Source: an uncultured Anaerolineae bacterium (GTDB lineage Bacteria > Chloroflexota > Anaerolineae > JAADDB01). Taken from it: a stretch of DNA of 64,000 bases. The DNA lies in NCBI GenBank assembly GCA_964487375.1, contig CAZAQA010000007.1, positions 46,168 to 110,167 on the forward strand. The letters are read 5' to 3'. Positions 9,785 to 19,576 of the stretch are shown here, one piece after another; within the stretch, counting starts at the first letter, position 1; every line of letters starts with the position of its first letter. A program made the position numbers and the translations under genes. The notes beneath the pieces were generated by a model. That model saw only the letters and a program-made list of their open reading frames with translations. It was not told the origin of the DNA and ran no database searches.

Positions 9785-10108
9785 GTGACACAAACGTCTG
9801 CCCTAGCGAAGGTTCACTCTCTGGCCAACATGGTGGCCTATCAAGAAGGTGCTATTGTCAGTCGCACGTTGATCAACAAAACCACCGGCACTGTGACTCT
9901 GTTCGCGTTCGATGCTGGCCAGAGCCTGACGGAGCACACTTCTCCTTACGATGCCCTGGTGTACATTTTGGACGGGGGCGCAGATATCACCGTCGATGGA
10001 GAGGTGTGTCGGGTGCATTCCGGCGAAAGTCTCCTTCTGCCCGCAAATCACCCTCACGCTTTGCGCGCGAGTGAACGCTTCAAGATGCTTCTGATCATGA
10101 TTCGATGA
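9785..10108 (+). CDS. Cupin domain protein
   Basis: Start assigned to the GTG that follows AGGAGGAGG. Cupin motifs are present (GAIVSRTL, FAFDAGQSLTEHTSPYDALVYILDGGADI, HSGESLLLPANHPHAL). Confidence 0.6.
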   Translation: MTQTSALAKVHSLANMVAYQEGAIVSRTLINKTTGTVTLFAFDAGQSLTEHTSPYDALVYILDGGADITVDGEVCRVHSGESLLLPANHPHALRASERFKMLLIMIR

Positions 10109-10139
10109 CTCCAACGTCTGCCTTAAAGGACGGGGAAGC

Positions 10140-13124
10140 GTGAGGCGAACTCAGGCGGTCATCTTTGTCGGAGGGGGCATTCTGGCGACGGTCGGGGGAG
10201 AAGGACTCCTCTCCCTGGCCCGCGTTCACGCTCGCTTGCCCTTCCTCCCTTATCGAGAACCCGTGCACTGGCTGCCTGGGGCCATTTCTCTCTTGCTTGG
10301 TCTTACCCTCTTGGCCAAGCCGGTCGCATTTTCTCAAGGTAAAAGGGAACATACAGCGTATACAGGGACTCGATTTTGGGCCGCGCTCGGCCTTGTTCTC
10401 ATCGTCACTGCAGCGACACGGCTCTATCGCATTATGGAGATTCCCCCCGGTCTTTGGTTGGACGAAACTGACATTGCTAAACAAGCACTGGAAATTGTCC
10501 GTGGAGCCCGGCCCTATCCCTGGCACGTTGCCCGCCTGGAGATTCCCTGGCTGTACCATTATTATGTAGCTGCCTTCTATGCTTTCCTGGGCCCCGGATA
10601 TCTAACCGTCAAACTCCCTCATCTGGTCGTGAGCATTCTCACCGGAGGAAGTCTTTACCTCCTGGCCCGTGAGCTCCTGGATGAGCCCTTTGCCTTGATC
10701 GCGGCCTTGCTTTGGGCCACCATGCGTTGGTCCGTCAACATGAGCCGATGGGGACACGCCAACGCGATGGCCTTATTTTGGTATGTCACCGTTCTCTGGC
10801 TGCTCTGGCGAGGAATGAAGCAAAAACGATGGGGCTACTGGTTAGCCGGCGGAGTCGCCCTCGGCTTGAGCCAATACAATTACCAGGCTGCGCGTTCTCT
10901 TGTCCTCTTGGTTCTGCTGTTTCTCCTTTATCAGGGTTTGCATTCGAGAGGAAAATTACACTCCGCCCGTTTTCAGATTCTGGCCTTTTTCGGCCTTTTC
11001 ATCCTGATTTACGCGCCCCTGGGCTATACATACGTGCATCAACCTCGACTCTTTTTGGCTCGCAGTGAAGCCATCAGCATCTTCAATCCTCTGTTCACCC
11101 GTGACCCCTGGATCACATTGAAAGCAAATGTGGGCAAGTACTTAGGGATGTTTTTTTATGTGGGGGATCCCAACGGGCGCCACAATATCCCCGGCTGGCC
11201 CGTCGTCGATCCGGTGACCGGCCTCCTGCTCGTCGTCGGCCTGGCGCGCATGATACGTGCCCCTGCCCGCCCCCGACACGTTCTCCTTTTTTTGTGGATT
11301 GGTGCTTTCCTCACGGCAGGGATCTTGACCACAGAAGCCCCAAATACCTTTCGCGTCTATGGCATAACTCCGGCCCTGGCCCTGATCGCGGCCCTGGGTT
11401 TGAGTGATCTGACGACCTCCTTTCCTTCTCCCCGTCTTCTTCACAAAAAAGGATTGCCGCTTTTTCTCCTTCTGGTGGCCGCCTACCTTAACCTGCATGC
11501 GTATTTTGCTATCCAGGCAGATCATCCATCTGTTGTTGGCATGTTCAATGTGGGGCCGACTAAAGTGGGCCAGTACATCGCTACACTTCCTCCGGATGTC
11601 ACCATTTACCTGGATCGGGAGTTTTGGGCCTTTTCTCCTATCGACGTCATCAATCCAGGTCGCTCTCTTATCCGCCTGAAAACGCCCGATCATATCCCTC
11701 CTCCACCAAAACAGCGAGGGGCGGTGGTATACATTCTTGGTCGTTACGGTCGCTTCCTTCTTCCTTACTTACAACGGCTCTACCCTCGAGCCCGGGTCGC
11801 CACAGGCTATGGCCCTAATCATCACTTCGTTTATGCGGCCGTACAGGTATCGGCAAAGGAAATCGCCCGTCGCGGGTTGCGAGTTGTTTCCGGTTCCTCC
11901 GCCGGCCAGATTCTCTTTCCGGAGGATGTCAAAGATGATCCTCTCATACTCGACGGAGGGCTAATGCTGCCCAGACCCGGGCGTTACGGTCTGCGCGTTG
12001 ACGGAGCCAGAGAGCTGGAATTGGGCATCGGCCGAGAGCTGGCTTTAACTCAGCCAGATATGCCCGTCACTCTGACACTTCCGGCCGGCCTAGTGCCAGT
12101 TCACCTGACGATTGCCCCGCGCAAAGGCTTGAGCCCCCACATCCTCTGGCGCCCTCCAGGGGCTCACGTCTGGCAGAAGGTTCCCGCTGAACGCTGGTAC
12201 CCTCTGGCCGTGCCGCCTGGTGGCCTGCTGGCTCAATGGTATGAAGGCGGTGGCCTTCGTTCGCGTCCGGTTACTTTGAGCCATGCGCCAATCCTCTACG
12301 CGGACAACGCTGGAAACCTGGCCACATCGGCCATGCGTTGGACCGGGTATATCTATATCGGACGTCCGGGCACTTACCGCTTTGGCCTCTCCTCCGATGA
12401 TGGCTCCCGCCTTTGGATTGACGGGCGTTTGCGGGTCGATAACTGGGGACTTCACGGGCCTGGCTGGGTCGACGCTCCTGCAACCCTGAGCAGGGGATGG
12501 CATCCACTCCGTATCGACTACATCGACAACGGGGGCAGCCACTGGTTCGAGTGGCGATGGGCACCTCCAGGCCAACGTCCTGGGCCGGTGCCGCCCGCTG
12601 TTCTCGCCTGGGATAGCGCCCAGGTTTCACAAGCCCTGACCCATCCTCCCGAGCCTCAACCGGGACTCCCTGTGTTCGATGCAAAAGGACACCCTCTCGG
12701 CCAGGTCCCCATTGCAGTTTTCCAACTGCGAGATCCAAAATTCAATCGGCCGGTGGCCAACGCGAATTTTCAGAAGTGGCCTCTGAAATTGGGGACGACC
12801 ATGTACGATCAAGGCATCGGCGTGTATGGCCCCGGTGAGCTCGAGTTTCGTCTGGGTGGACATTATCAACTCTTCCGGGGGAAGGTGGGCGTCGATACGG
12901 ATACGTACGGCGATGCTCATACCCAGGTACAGATTATCGGGGACGGGCGGGTGTTGTGGGATAGCGGTGAAATCCACCCTTGGGATACTCCCAAGACATT
13001 CCGCGTGGACGTGAAGGGTGTCAAGATCCTGGTCCTCAAGCAGATAGAGGCTGGCCATTTTCAAGGGCGCGGAGATGGGGTGGATTGGGTGAACGTGCGC
13101 TTGCTGCTTCAAGAAGCTCCCTGA
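10140..13124 (+). CDS. GT-C fold membrane glycosyltransferase (PMT/ArnT-like, GT39/GT83) fused to PA14 and NPCBM carbohydrate-binding domains
   Basis: 994 aa. N-terminal polytopic domain (~560 aa) with the first-loop DE motif (LWLDETDIA). PA14 signature (GTYRFGLSSDDGSRLWIDGRLRVDNWG). C-terminal NPCBM-like domain (MYDQGIGVYGPGELEFRL...DGVDWVNVRL). GTG start. Confidence 0.7.
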   Translation: MRRTQAVIFVGGGILATVGGEGLLSLARVHARLPFLPYREPVHWLPGAISLLLGLTLLAKPVAFSQGKREHTAYTGTRFWAALGLVLIVTAATRLYRIMEIPPGLWLDETDIAKQALEIVRGARPYPWHVARLEIPWLYHYYVAAFYAFLGPGYLTVKLPHLVVSILTGGSLYLLARELLDEPFALIAALLWATMRWSVNMSRWGHANAMALFWYVTVLWLLWRGMKQKRWGYWLAGGVALGLSQYNYQAARSLVLLVLLFLLYQGLHSRGKLHSARFQILAFFGLFILIYAPLGYTYVHQPRLFLARSEAISIFNPLFTRDPWITLKANVGKYLGMFFYVGDPNGRHNIPGWPVVDPVTGLLLVVGLARMIRAPARPRHVLLFLWIGAFLTAGILTTEAPNTFRVYGITPALALIAALGLSDLTTSFPSPRLLHKKGLPLFLLLVAAYLNLHAYFAIQADHPSVVGMFNVGPTKVGQYIATLPPDVTIYLDREFWAFSPIDVINPGRSLIRLKTPDHIPPPPKQRGAVVYILGRYGRFLLPYLQRLYPRARVATGYGPNHHFVYAAVQVSAKEIARRGLRVVSGSSAGQILFPEDVKDDPLILDGGLMLPRPGRYGLRVDGARELELGIGRELALTQPDMPVTLTLPAGLVPVHLTIAPRKGLSPHILWRPPGAHVWQKVPAERWYPLAVPPGGLLAQWYEGGGLRSRPVTLSHAPILYADNAGNLATSAMRWTGYIYIGRPGTYRFGLSSDDGSRLWIDGRLRVDNWGLHGPGWVDAPATLSRGWHPLRIDYIDNGGSHWFEWRWAPPGQRPGPVPPAVLAWDSAQVSQALTHPPEPQPGLPVFDAKGHPLGQVPIAVFQLRDPKFNRPVANANFQKWPLKLGTTMYDQGIGVYGPGELEFRLGGHYQLFRGKVGVDTDTYGDAHTQVQIIGDGRVLWDSGEIHPWDTPKTFRVDVKGVKILVLKQIEAGHFQGRGDGVDWVNVRLLLQEAP

Positions 13125-13231
13125 CGACCAGACGTCGAACGCCGTCTGCTTACGATACTGTGGGCAGTCTTGTGACGAATTAGGGAGCGTCCAAAGCCCG
13201 GTCGATGACAGGGAAAGTAGTACAAGAATGG

Positions 13232-14455
13232 TTATTTGGGGCGTTGTGCCGGGCGGTTTCGGCGTCGAGATACCGGAGCGGCGTGTCCGCGATGGGAAGA
13301 CTTGTTTTGTCCTCTAGGTTTTCCAGAAGGCGTCAGACGGATACCTTCCAAACGCCGCCGTTCCAGACGACGGCCCAAAAGATGCTCGATGGCCCGTACC
13401 ATACTGTAATCGTTGCCAGTCACGAACGTGAGGGCCAGCCCGCCTTTGTTGGCCCGTCCGGTCCGCCCAATCCGATGGATGTAAGCATCGACATTGTCGG
13501 GCATATCATAATTGATGACATGGGTGATGTCCGGAACGTCGATGCCGCGAGCCGCCACGTCAGTAGCGACAAGAATGTCGTGTCGGCCCTGGCGAAAACT
13601 GCGGATGGCCCGCTGCCTCTGATTTTGGCTCATATTGCCTTGCAGGGCCGTTGCCCGGTGGCCGGCGTGTTTCAGATCCCGGGCCAGGTGTTCCGCCTGC
13701 CGCTTGGTGCGTGTGAAGATCAGCACCCTGCCAGTGGCCGTTTGTTCCAGCCAGGCCAGAAGCAGCCTTGTCTTTGCCCGGTGTTCTACCGGATAGATGG
13801 CATGGGCCACTGTATGGGCAGGCGCTTTTGGGCCTATCTGGACAGTGATCGGATCTGTCAACATCTCCTGGGCCAGCCTGCGAATGTCTTCCGGCATGGT
13901 TGCCGAGAGGAAAAGGGTCTGGTGTTTGCGAGGTAGCGCCCGCAGGATGCGGCGGATATCGGGCAGAAACCCCATGTCACACATCCGGTCCGCCTCGTCC
14001 AGAACCACTGTGGCCACTTTTTGAAGGCGAATGCTGGAATCTCCCATCAAATCCAGCAATCGTCCGGGACAGGCGACGACGACGTCCACCCCCCGGCGGA
14101 GCGCCTGTACCTGAGCGGCCCTGCTGACTCCGCCATAAACAGTGATGCTGCGCACGCCGGTGAATCGCCCCAAATCACGAATGGCTTCATGGGTTTGTTC
14201 CGCCAACTCTCGCGTTGGGGCCAGAATCAGAACCCGCGGGAGACCGTTGCTGCGGGTTTGGAGCAGGTGCTGGAGCAAAGGGAGTACGAAAGCCGCTGTC
14301 TTACCGGTGCCGGTCTGGGCCAGCCCTATGACGTCATGCCCTTCTAAAATGGGAGGAATAGCTCTCGTCTGGATAGGAGTTGGGATCGTGTAGCCTGCGA
14401 CATCGATTCCGCGCATGATGCGCGCGTCTAGAGGGAAATTTGCAAATGTGTTCAT
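13232..14455 (-). CDS. DEAD-box ATP-dependent RNA helicase
   Basis: 407 aa. Q motif, GTGKT (motif I), DEAD-box context, SAT, HRIGRTGR. Arg-rich C-terminal tail. Confidence 0.85.
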   Translation of the reverse strand: MNTFANFPLDARIMRGIDVAGYTIPTPIQTRAIPPILEGHDVIGLAQTGTGKTAAFVLPLLQHLLQTRSNGLPRVLILAPTRELAEQTHEAIRDLGRFTGVRSITVYGGVSRAAQVQALRRGVDVVVACPGRLLDLMGDSSIRLQKVATVVLDEADRMCDMGFLPDIRRILRALPRKHQTLFLSATMPEDIRRLAQEMLTDPITVQIGPKAPAHTVAHAIYPVEHRAKTRLLLAWLEQTATGRVLIFTRTKRQAEHLARDLKHAGHRATALQGNMSQNQRQRAIRSFRQGRHDILVATDVAARGIDVPDITHVINYDMPDNVDAYIHRIGRTGRANKGGLALTFVTGNDYSMVRAIEHLLGRRLERRRLEGIRLTPSGKPRGQNKSSHRGHAAPVSRRRNRPAQRPK

Positions 14456-14982
14456 CGAGAATGCTCCTTGGCATTATCACTGCAATGAGCCAAGTCGCAC
14501 TCTCAGCTCTCAAATTGCAGAAATCGTATAGAATTGTGTGAGGTCGAACCCCAGTAACCATTCAGGTGACCATGGCCTCTTGCCCCTCCGTCGACCTGAA
14601 TGGCGACCACACATAAAACACGCCCTTTTTGGGCACCTGCAAAGTGTACCTCAGCCACCACATGCTGTCAAATCGACGCCGGTGGAAAGTTGTCATCTTC
14701 CAGTATGGTGTTCGGAGAATTCTAAACTTGGCTCAGTCGCGTATCACCTCCTCAGGACTGTGGCCAACGTTTCGTCCTGACGACGCCCGTTTTGTCCTGG
14801 GGGCACTCTTGCTTATAATCTTTGTACCCGTTGGTTCTCCTAAATGTATTGAAATGGCTATTCTGAGCAAGTCGTTTTGCCAAAGGACCCGGCGGCGGAC
14901 GGCGGGTCCTTCCGCGATCTGCACAGCGGTGATTGTCGCTGCTTACTGGCATCACTTTGTTTGAGTACGATGAGGAGATAGG

Positions 14983-16743
14983 ATGAAAGCCCAAGAGAAT
15001 GCTGTCTCAGCCATTCACCCATCACGCCCTCGGGAGACCATTCGGCTCACTTTCCCTGATGGACGCGTCTTCGAAGGTCCGCCTCACACGCCTCTGGAAG
15101 CTTTTATCCGGGTTGCTTACAGCGATGTGCGTGTGCCCATCGTGGCTGCCGTCGTCGATGGGATATTGCGAGAACTTACGTATGTGCCGACTCGAGACAT
15201 GAATGTTACTCCGGTCGACTTGACCACGGCCGACGGCATACGGATCTACCGGCGCTCTCTCCTTCTTCTTCTCATCGCTGCCTTTCGGGATCTGTTCCCA
15301 GAGGCGCGCCTGGTTGTTGAACATTCTCTGACCTTTGGCGGCTACTACTGTGAGGTGGAGAGGCGAGGACCCTTGACTGAGGAGGAACTTCGGCGCCTTG
15401 AAGACCGAATGTGGGAGATCGTCCACGCTGACGAGCCTATCATCCGTAAGGAAGTCCCGTTAGAAGAGGCCCTACGTCTCTTCACGGAACGTGGAGATGA
15501 AGACAAGGTGCGCCTCTTCCGATTTCGCCAGAAAGATTATGTGACTCTCTACTGGTTGGGCGACACAGTGGATTATTTGCATGGATATATGGTCCCTTCC
15601 ACAGGTTATATTGGCATTTTTGGCCTGATCTCCTACCCGCCGGGGTTTGTCCTTCGTTTCCCTCATCGTCATGACCCCCTGAAGCTGCAACCTGTAACCC
15701 ATCTTCCCCGGCTGGTGTCGGTATTTCGTCAGCATGGTCGTTGGATGGAGCTCATGAAGGTCACCGATGTCGGCGGCTTGAACGAGCGCATTCATGATGG
15801 GCACATCCGGGAACTCATTCTTATTGCGGAGACTTTACACGAGCAGGGGCTTGCAGACATCACTCATCAAATTGCCGGACAAAAAGATGTACGCATCGTC
15901 CTCATCGCCGGTCCCTCCTCTTCGGGAAAGACGACATTCAGTAAGCGTCTTTCCGTCCAACTCCTGGCTTCGGGGCTACGACCTTTTGCTATCAGCATGG
16001 ACGATTACTTCGTCAACCGTGAAGATACACCACTGGACGAGCATGGAAACTATGATTTCGATTCCCCTGAGGCGCTGGACATCGATCTGCTCAATGAGCA
16101 CCTTCAGGCTTTGCTCAAGGGGGACGAAGTGACCCTCCCTCGGTTCAATTTCATCACCGGACGGCGAGAAAAGGGCCCCACAGTTCGTTTATACCCCGAC
16201 CAAATTATCATCATGGAGGGCATCCATGGGCTGAATCCCATAGTAGCCCAAAATGTACCTCATGAACGGACGTTCCGTATCTACGTGTCTGCTCTGACTG
16301 TCCTCAATCTGGATCGGCATAATCGTATCTCGACAACGGATACCCGACTGATTCGTCGCATTGTGCGCGACGCCCGTACCCGTGGTCGTGATGCGGAAGG
16401 TACCATTCTCATGTGGGGAAATGTCCGTCGGGCAGAACGACTCTACATCTTCCCTTACCAGGAACACGCGGACGTGATGTTCAACTCGGCCTTGATCTAT
16501 GAATCGGCCATTCTTAGGCCCTATGCGGAACCGCTTCTGCTGCAAGTCACTCCTACTTCTCCAGCTTATATGGAGGCCAAACGTCTGCTCAGTTTTCTTC
16601 GTTGGTTCTTACCGCATCGAGATGGGACCGGAATTCCCAACGACTCGATCCTGCGAGAATTCATTGGCGGCTCCATTCTGGAAGAGTTTAACATCGGCGT
16701 AGAAATTGCCAGGGAACATACCTGGCACAAAGTGGATTCTTAA
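14983..16743 (+). CDS. TGS-domain / uridine kinase (PRK) family nucleoside kinase-like protein
   Basis: 586 aa. The N-terminus resembles the ThrRS TGS domain. A central P-loop (IAGPSSSGKTTFSKRL) and a uridine-kinase-like fold follow. Confidence 0.65.
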   Translation: MKAQENAVSAIHPSRPRETIRLTFPDGRVFEGPPHTPLEAFIRVAYSDVRVPIVAAVVDGILRELTYVPTRDMNVTPVDLTTADGIRIYRRSLLLLLIAAFRDLFPEARLVVEHSLTFGGYYCEVERRGPLTEEELRRLEDRMWEIVHADEPIIRKEVPLEEALRLFTERGDEDKVRLFRFRQKDYVTLYWLGDTVDYLHGYMVPSTGYIGIFGLISYPPGFVLRFPHRHDPLKLQPVTHLPRLVSVFRQHGRWMELMKVTDVGGLNERIHDGHIRELILIAETLHEQGLADITHQIAGQKDVRIVLIAGPSSSGKTTFSKRLSVQLLASGLRPFAISMDDYFVNREDTPLDEHGNYDFDSPEALDIDLLNEHLQALLKGDEVTLPRFNFITGRREKGPTVRLYPDQIIIMEGIHGLNPIVAQNVPHERTFRIYVSALTVLNLDRHNRISTTDTRLIRRIVRDARTRGRDAEGTILMWGNVRRAERLYIFPYQEHADVMFNSALIYESAILRPYAEPLLLQVTPTSPAYMEAKRLLSFLRWFLPHRDGTGIPNDSILREFIGGSILEEFNIGVEIAREHTWHKVDS

Positions 16744-16808
16744 GGAAATGATCGAGGGCAGAGAATCTATCCCTCCGACATGTACAAGGCTAAAGGAGCG
16801 AAGAGGCT

Positions 16809-18164
16809 ATGACGACCATCGACCCCTCTGTGCTGGAGCCAAACCCCCAGCGTCACGTCTATATGGAAATCCTGGCAGCCGCTTTGAGAGCGGTGAATCC
16901 GGGTACGTGCATCCGTCAGAAGGTGGAGCGGTCGGCCCAATATTTGCGCGCCGGGGGGAGATTTTACAACCTGGACGACATCGACCACATTTATGTCGTC
17001 GGAGGAGGAAAAGCCGCCGCGGCGATGGCTCAGGCCTTGGAAGAGGTCCTTCAGGATCGTCTGACAGATGGCATCGTGGTCGTCAAAGATGGGTATCGGC
17101 TGGAGACAGCCCGAGTTCGGGTATGGGAGGCCGGGCACCCGGTGCCAGACGAACGGAGCATGCAAGGAGCACGCATGGTGGTCGAGATGGCCAGGCAGGC
17201 TGGAGAACGGGATCTGGTCATCGTGCTTATATCTGGCGGAGGATCTTCACTGCTTGTCTATCCCGCGGATGGATTGACACTGGAAGATATCCAGGGAGCC
17301 ACCGAGTTGCTCCTTCGGTCTGGCGCCACCATCAACGAAATGAACGCCGTTCGAAAGCATTGCTCTCAGATCAAGGGAGGCCAACTAGCTCGGCACATTG
17401 CACCGGCTCGAGCTCAGGGGTTGATCGTTTCCGACGTCATCGGCAATCCTCTGGATGTGATTGCTTCCGGCCCCCTGACGCCCGATCCAACGACGTTCGC
17501 CGACGCCTGGGCTGTCATTGAAAAATACGGGCTTGTGGACAAATTACCCCCTCGGGTTGCTGCCCATCTGCAGTCTGGGCTGTCCGGCGATGTCCCGGAG
17601 ACCCCCAAGCCGGGAGATGCAATCTTCGAAAACGTCCACGTGGTCATTGTGGGAGACAATGCCCGTGCCGCGGAGGCTGCAGAGCGGGCCGCGTTAACTC
17701 GCGGCTATAATGCCATGCTTTTGACCACGTTCCTGGAAGGTGAGGCCCGTGAGGTTGCTCGTGTTGTCACCGCTTTGGGGAAAGAGCTGTACCGTAATAA
17801 CCGTCCCCTGCCACTCCCCGCCTGCCTGATCCTGGGCGGAGAGACCACCGTCACCGTACGAGGTCGGGGCAAAGGGGGACGCAATCAAGAACTGGCCCTT
17901 TCCGCGGCCGTCTCTCTGGAGGGATGGGACAAGATCACCGTCATTACCCTGGGCACAGACGGGACGGATGGCCCGACTGACGCTGCCGGCGGGGTTGTGG
18001 ATGGGAATACAGTCCAACGAGCGCGTGATGCTGGGCTGGACCCTTTGGCTCATTTGAACAACAATGATGCCTACCCTCTTCTCAAGGCCACGCACGACCT
18101 CCTTATCACCGGGCCGACCAACACGAATGTTAACGATTTGGTCTTTGTATTTGTGGAAGAGTGA
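16809..18164 (+). CDS. Glycerate kinase (MOFRL/GckA family, glycerate 2-kinase)
   Basis: 451 aa with DUF4147 plus MOFRL architecture (VVGGGKAAAAMA, GGETTVTVRGRGKGGRNQE). Confidence 0.8.
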   Translation: MTTIDPSVLEPNPQRHVYMEILAAALRAVNPGTCIRQKVERSAQYLRAGGRFYNLDDIDHIYVVGGGKAAAAMAQALEEVLQDRLTDGIVVVKDGYRLETARVRVWEAGHPVPDERSMQGARMVVEMARQAGERDLVIVLISGGGSSLLVYPADGLTLEDIQGATELLLRSGATINEMNAVRKHCSQIKGGQLARHIAPARAQGLIVSDVIGNPLDVIASGPLTPDPTTFADAWAVIEKYGLVDKLPPRVAAHLQSGLSGDVPETPKPGDAIFENVHVVIVGDNARAAEAAERAALTRGYNAMLLTTFLEGEAREVARVVTALGKELYRNNRPLPLPACLILGGETTVTVRGRGKGGRNQELALSAAVSLEGWDKITVITLGTDGTDGPTDAAGGVVDGNTVQRARDAGLDPLAHLNNNDAYPLLKATHDLLITGPTNTNVNDLVFVFVEE

Positions 18165-18176
18165 AAGGGGCTCTCT

Positions 18177-18782
18177 ATGGCCTTTTCTGTCACCGATGAA
18201 CGCATCATCCGCGAGCGACTACAACACATTCCGGCCGTAGGAACGGTCCCCTTGCCTCCCTCTTTGCAGCCGGCTGCTGTGCTGGTACCCCTTTTACGGC
18301 GAGGAAACGGATGGCATGTGCTCCTGACCCGCCGGGCCCAGGGGTTGAGCAATCATCGTGGGCAAGTTGCCTTTCCGGGAGGCGCTCGCGACCCTACAGA
18401 CCGGGACGCCGTCACAACAGCCTTGCGGGAGACCCGTGAGGAGTTAGGCATTCCTGCAAGGTTGATTCATGTGCTCGCGACTCTGCCAGATCAACCCGTC
18501 ATCTCAGGGTATCGGGTTACGCCAGTCGTTGCCTTGCTCCCTCCCGACATTCCTCTCCATCCTTCTCCGGTGGAGATCGCCCGGGTCTTTTTCGTCCCCT
18601 GCGACTGGCTGGCGGAACCGAAAAATTTCGAGCGTGAGGAAATACATGTTTGGCGAGGCCGGGCGTATCCTGTGCCCTTCTACCGGCCCTATAAAGGCGA
18701 AATTATTTGGGGAATGACTGCGCGTATCTTACGAACGCTTGTGGAGGTCCTTTGCTCCAGGGACACCCGTCAGCCCCCTTGA
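18177..18782 (+). CDS. NUDIX hydrolase, CoA pyrophosphatase-like
   Basis: 201 aa. Nudix box GGARDPTDRDAVTTALRETREELGI. The upstream motif resembles NudL. Confidence 0.7.
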   Translation: MAFSVTDERIIRERLQHIPAVGTVPLPPSLQPAAVLVPLLRRGNGWHVLLTRRAQGLSNHRGQVAFPGGARDPTDRDAVTTALRETREELGIPARLIHVLATLPDQPVISGYRVTPVVALLPPDIPLHPSPVEIARVFFVPCDWLAEPKNFEREEIHVWRGRAYPVPFYRPYKGEIIWGMTARILRTLVEVLCSRDTRQPP

Positions 18783-19576
18783 TGGCGAGAGATCCAGTAA
18801 AGATAGCCGACCAGGAAAATGAGGGCAAAGGAGAACCACTGGACGGCGTACCCCAGGTGCGGCCCTTCACTCAGATCCAGGACATGGACAGGACGATAGG
18901 GGAGTGATGTTTCTGGGGTTGACGCCTTTGCGGTCCATTCTACGTAAAAGGGCATCAGTGGGTAAGGGAGGACTTTCTGCAGAGAGGGAGGATCGACATA
19001 GTAGAGCGTGGCGGTATTGGACTCAGGAAGAAAGGGGCCAGAGGCATGACGTGGCGGAAGGGCTTGTTCTCCCAGAAAACCGTGTACGACTACGAGACCG
19101 GTTGGTTGATCAAATTTTCTTCGCACCGTGCGCCCCCCTTCTGCATAGGGAATCCACCCTCGGTCCACTAAGACTGCCCTCTTTTGCCCTTCCAATCGCA
19201 GAGGAGTGATCAGGTGATAGCCGGCCTGTCCTTTCCACGACTGATTCTTGAGAGCAAATTCGTGCTCAAAGTCGAAAACCCCACGAGCTTCCAGCCGATG
19301 ATAGCGCAAGTGTGCCGGTTTGATAGTGGAAGGCATGCTGTTAACCAGTAGTGGAGGTCGAGTCATTTGAGCCACTATTTGGGCATTGCGCAATCGTCTC
19401 TGTTTCAAGCGGTCTAACTGCCAGAATCCTAACCGTACCATGATGCCCACGGCCAGCAGGACCAGGAGCGTTTTCCACCAACGTCCCGGCCCTAAGATGC
19501 TTCGGAGCAGGGAGAAGGGATCTCGGCGTGAACTTCCTTTTGCTTTGTCGACATTCTCGGCGGAAGGCTCAGACAT
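18770..19576 (-). CDS. SURF1 family cytochrome oxidase biogenesis protein
   Basis: 268 aa. N-terminal TM followed by GFWQLDRL, typical of SURF1. Sits at the distal end of the cta operon. Confidence 0.75.
   Translation of the reverse strand: MSEPSAENVDKAKGSSRRDPFSLLRSILGPGRWWKTLLVLLAVGIMVRLGFWQLDRLKQRRLRNAQIVAQMTRPPLLVNSMPSTIKPAHLRYHRLEARGVFDFEHEFALKNQSWKGQAGYHLITPLRLEGQKRAVLVDRGWIPYAEGGRTVRRKFDQPTGLVVVHGFLGEQALPPRHASGPFLPESNTATLYYVDPPSLQKVLPYPLMPFYVEWTAKASTPETSLPYRPVHVLDLSEGPHLGYAVQWFSFALIFLVGYLYWISRHQGG

Noticed and set aside
13125-13231. Terminator between the GT-C gene and the helicase
   Set aside because: Only a 6-bp stem (CAGACG...CGTCTG) with no T-tract. Too weak to call.
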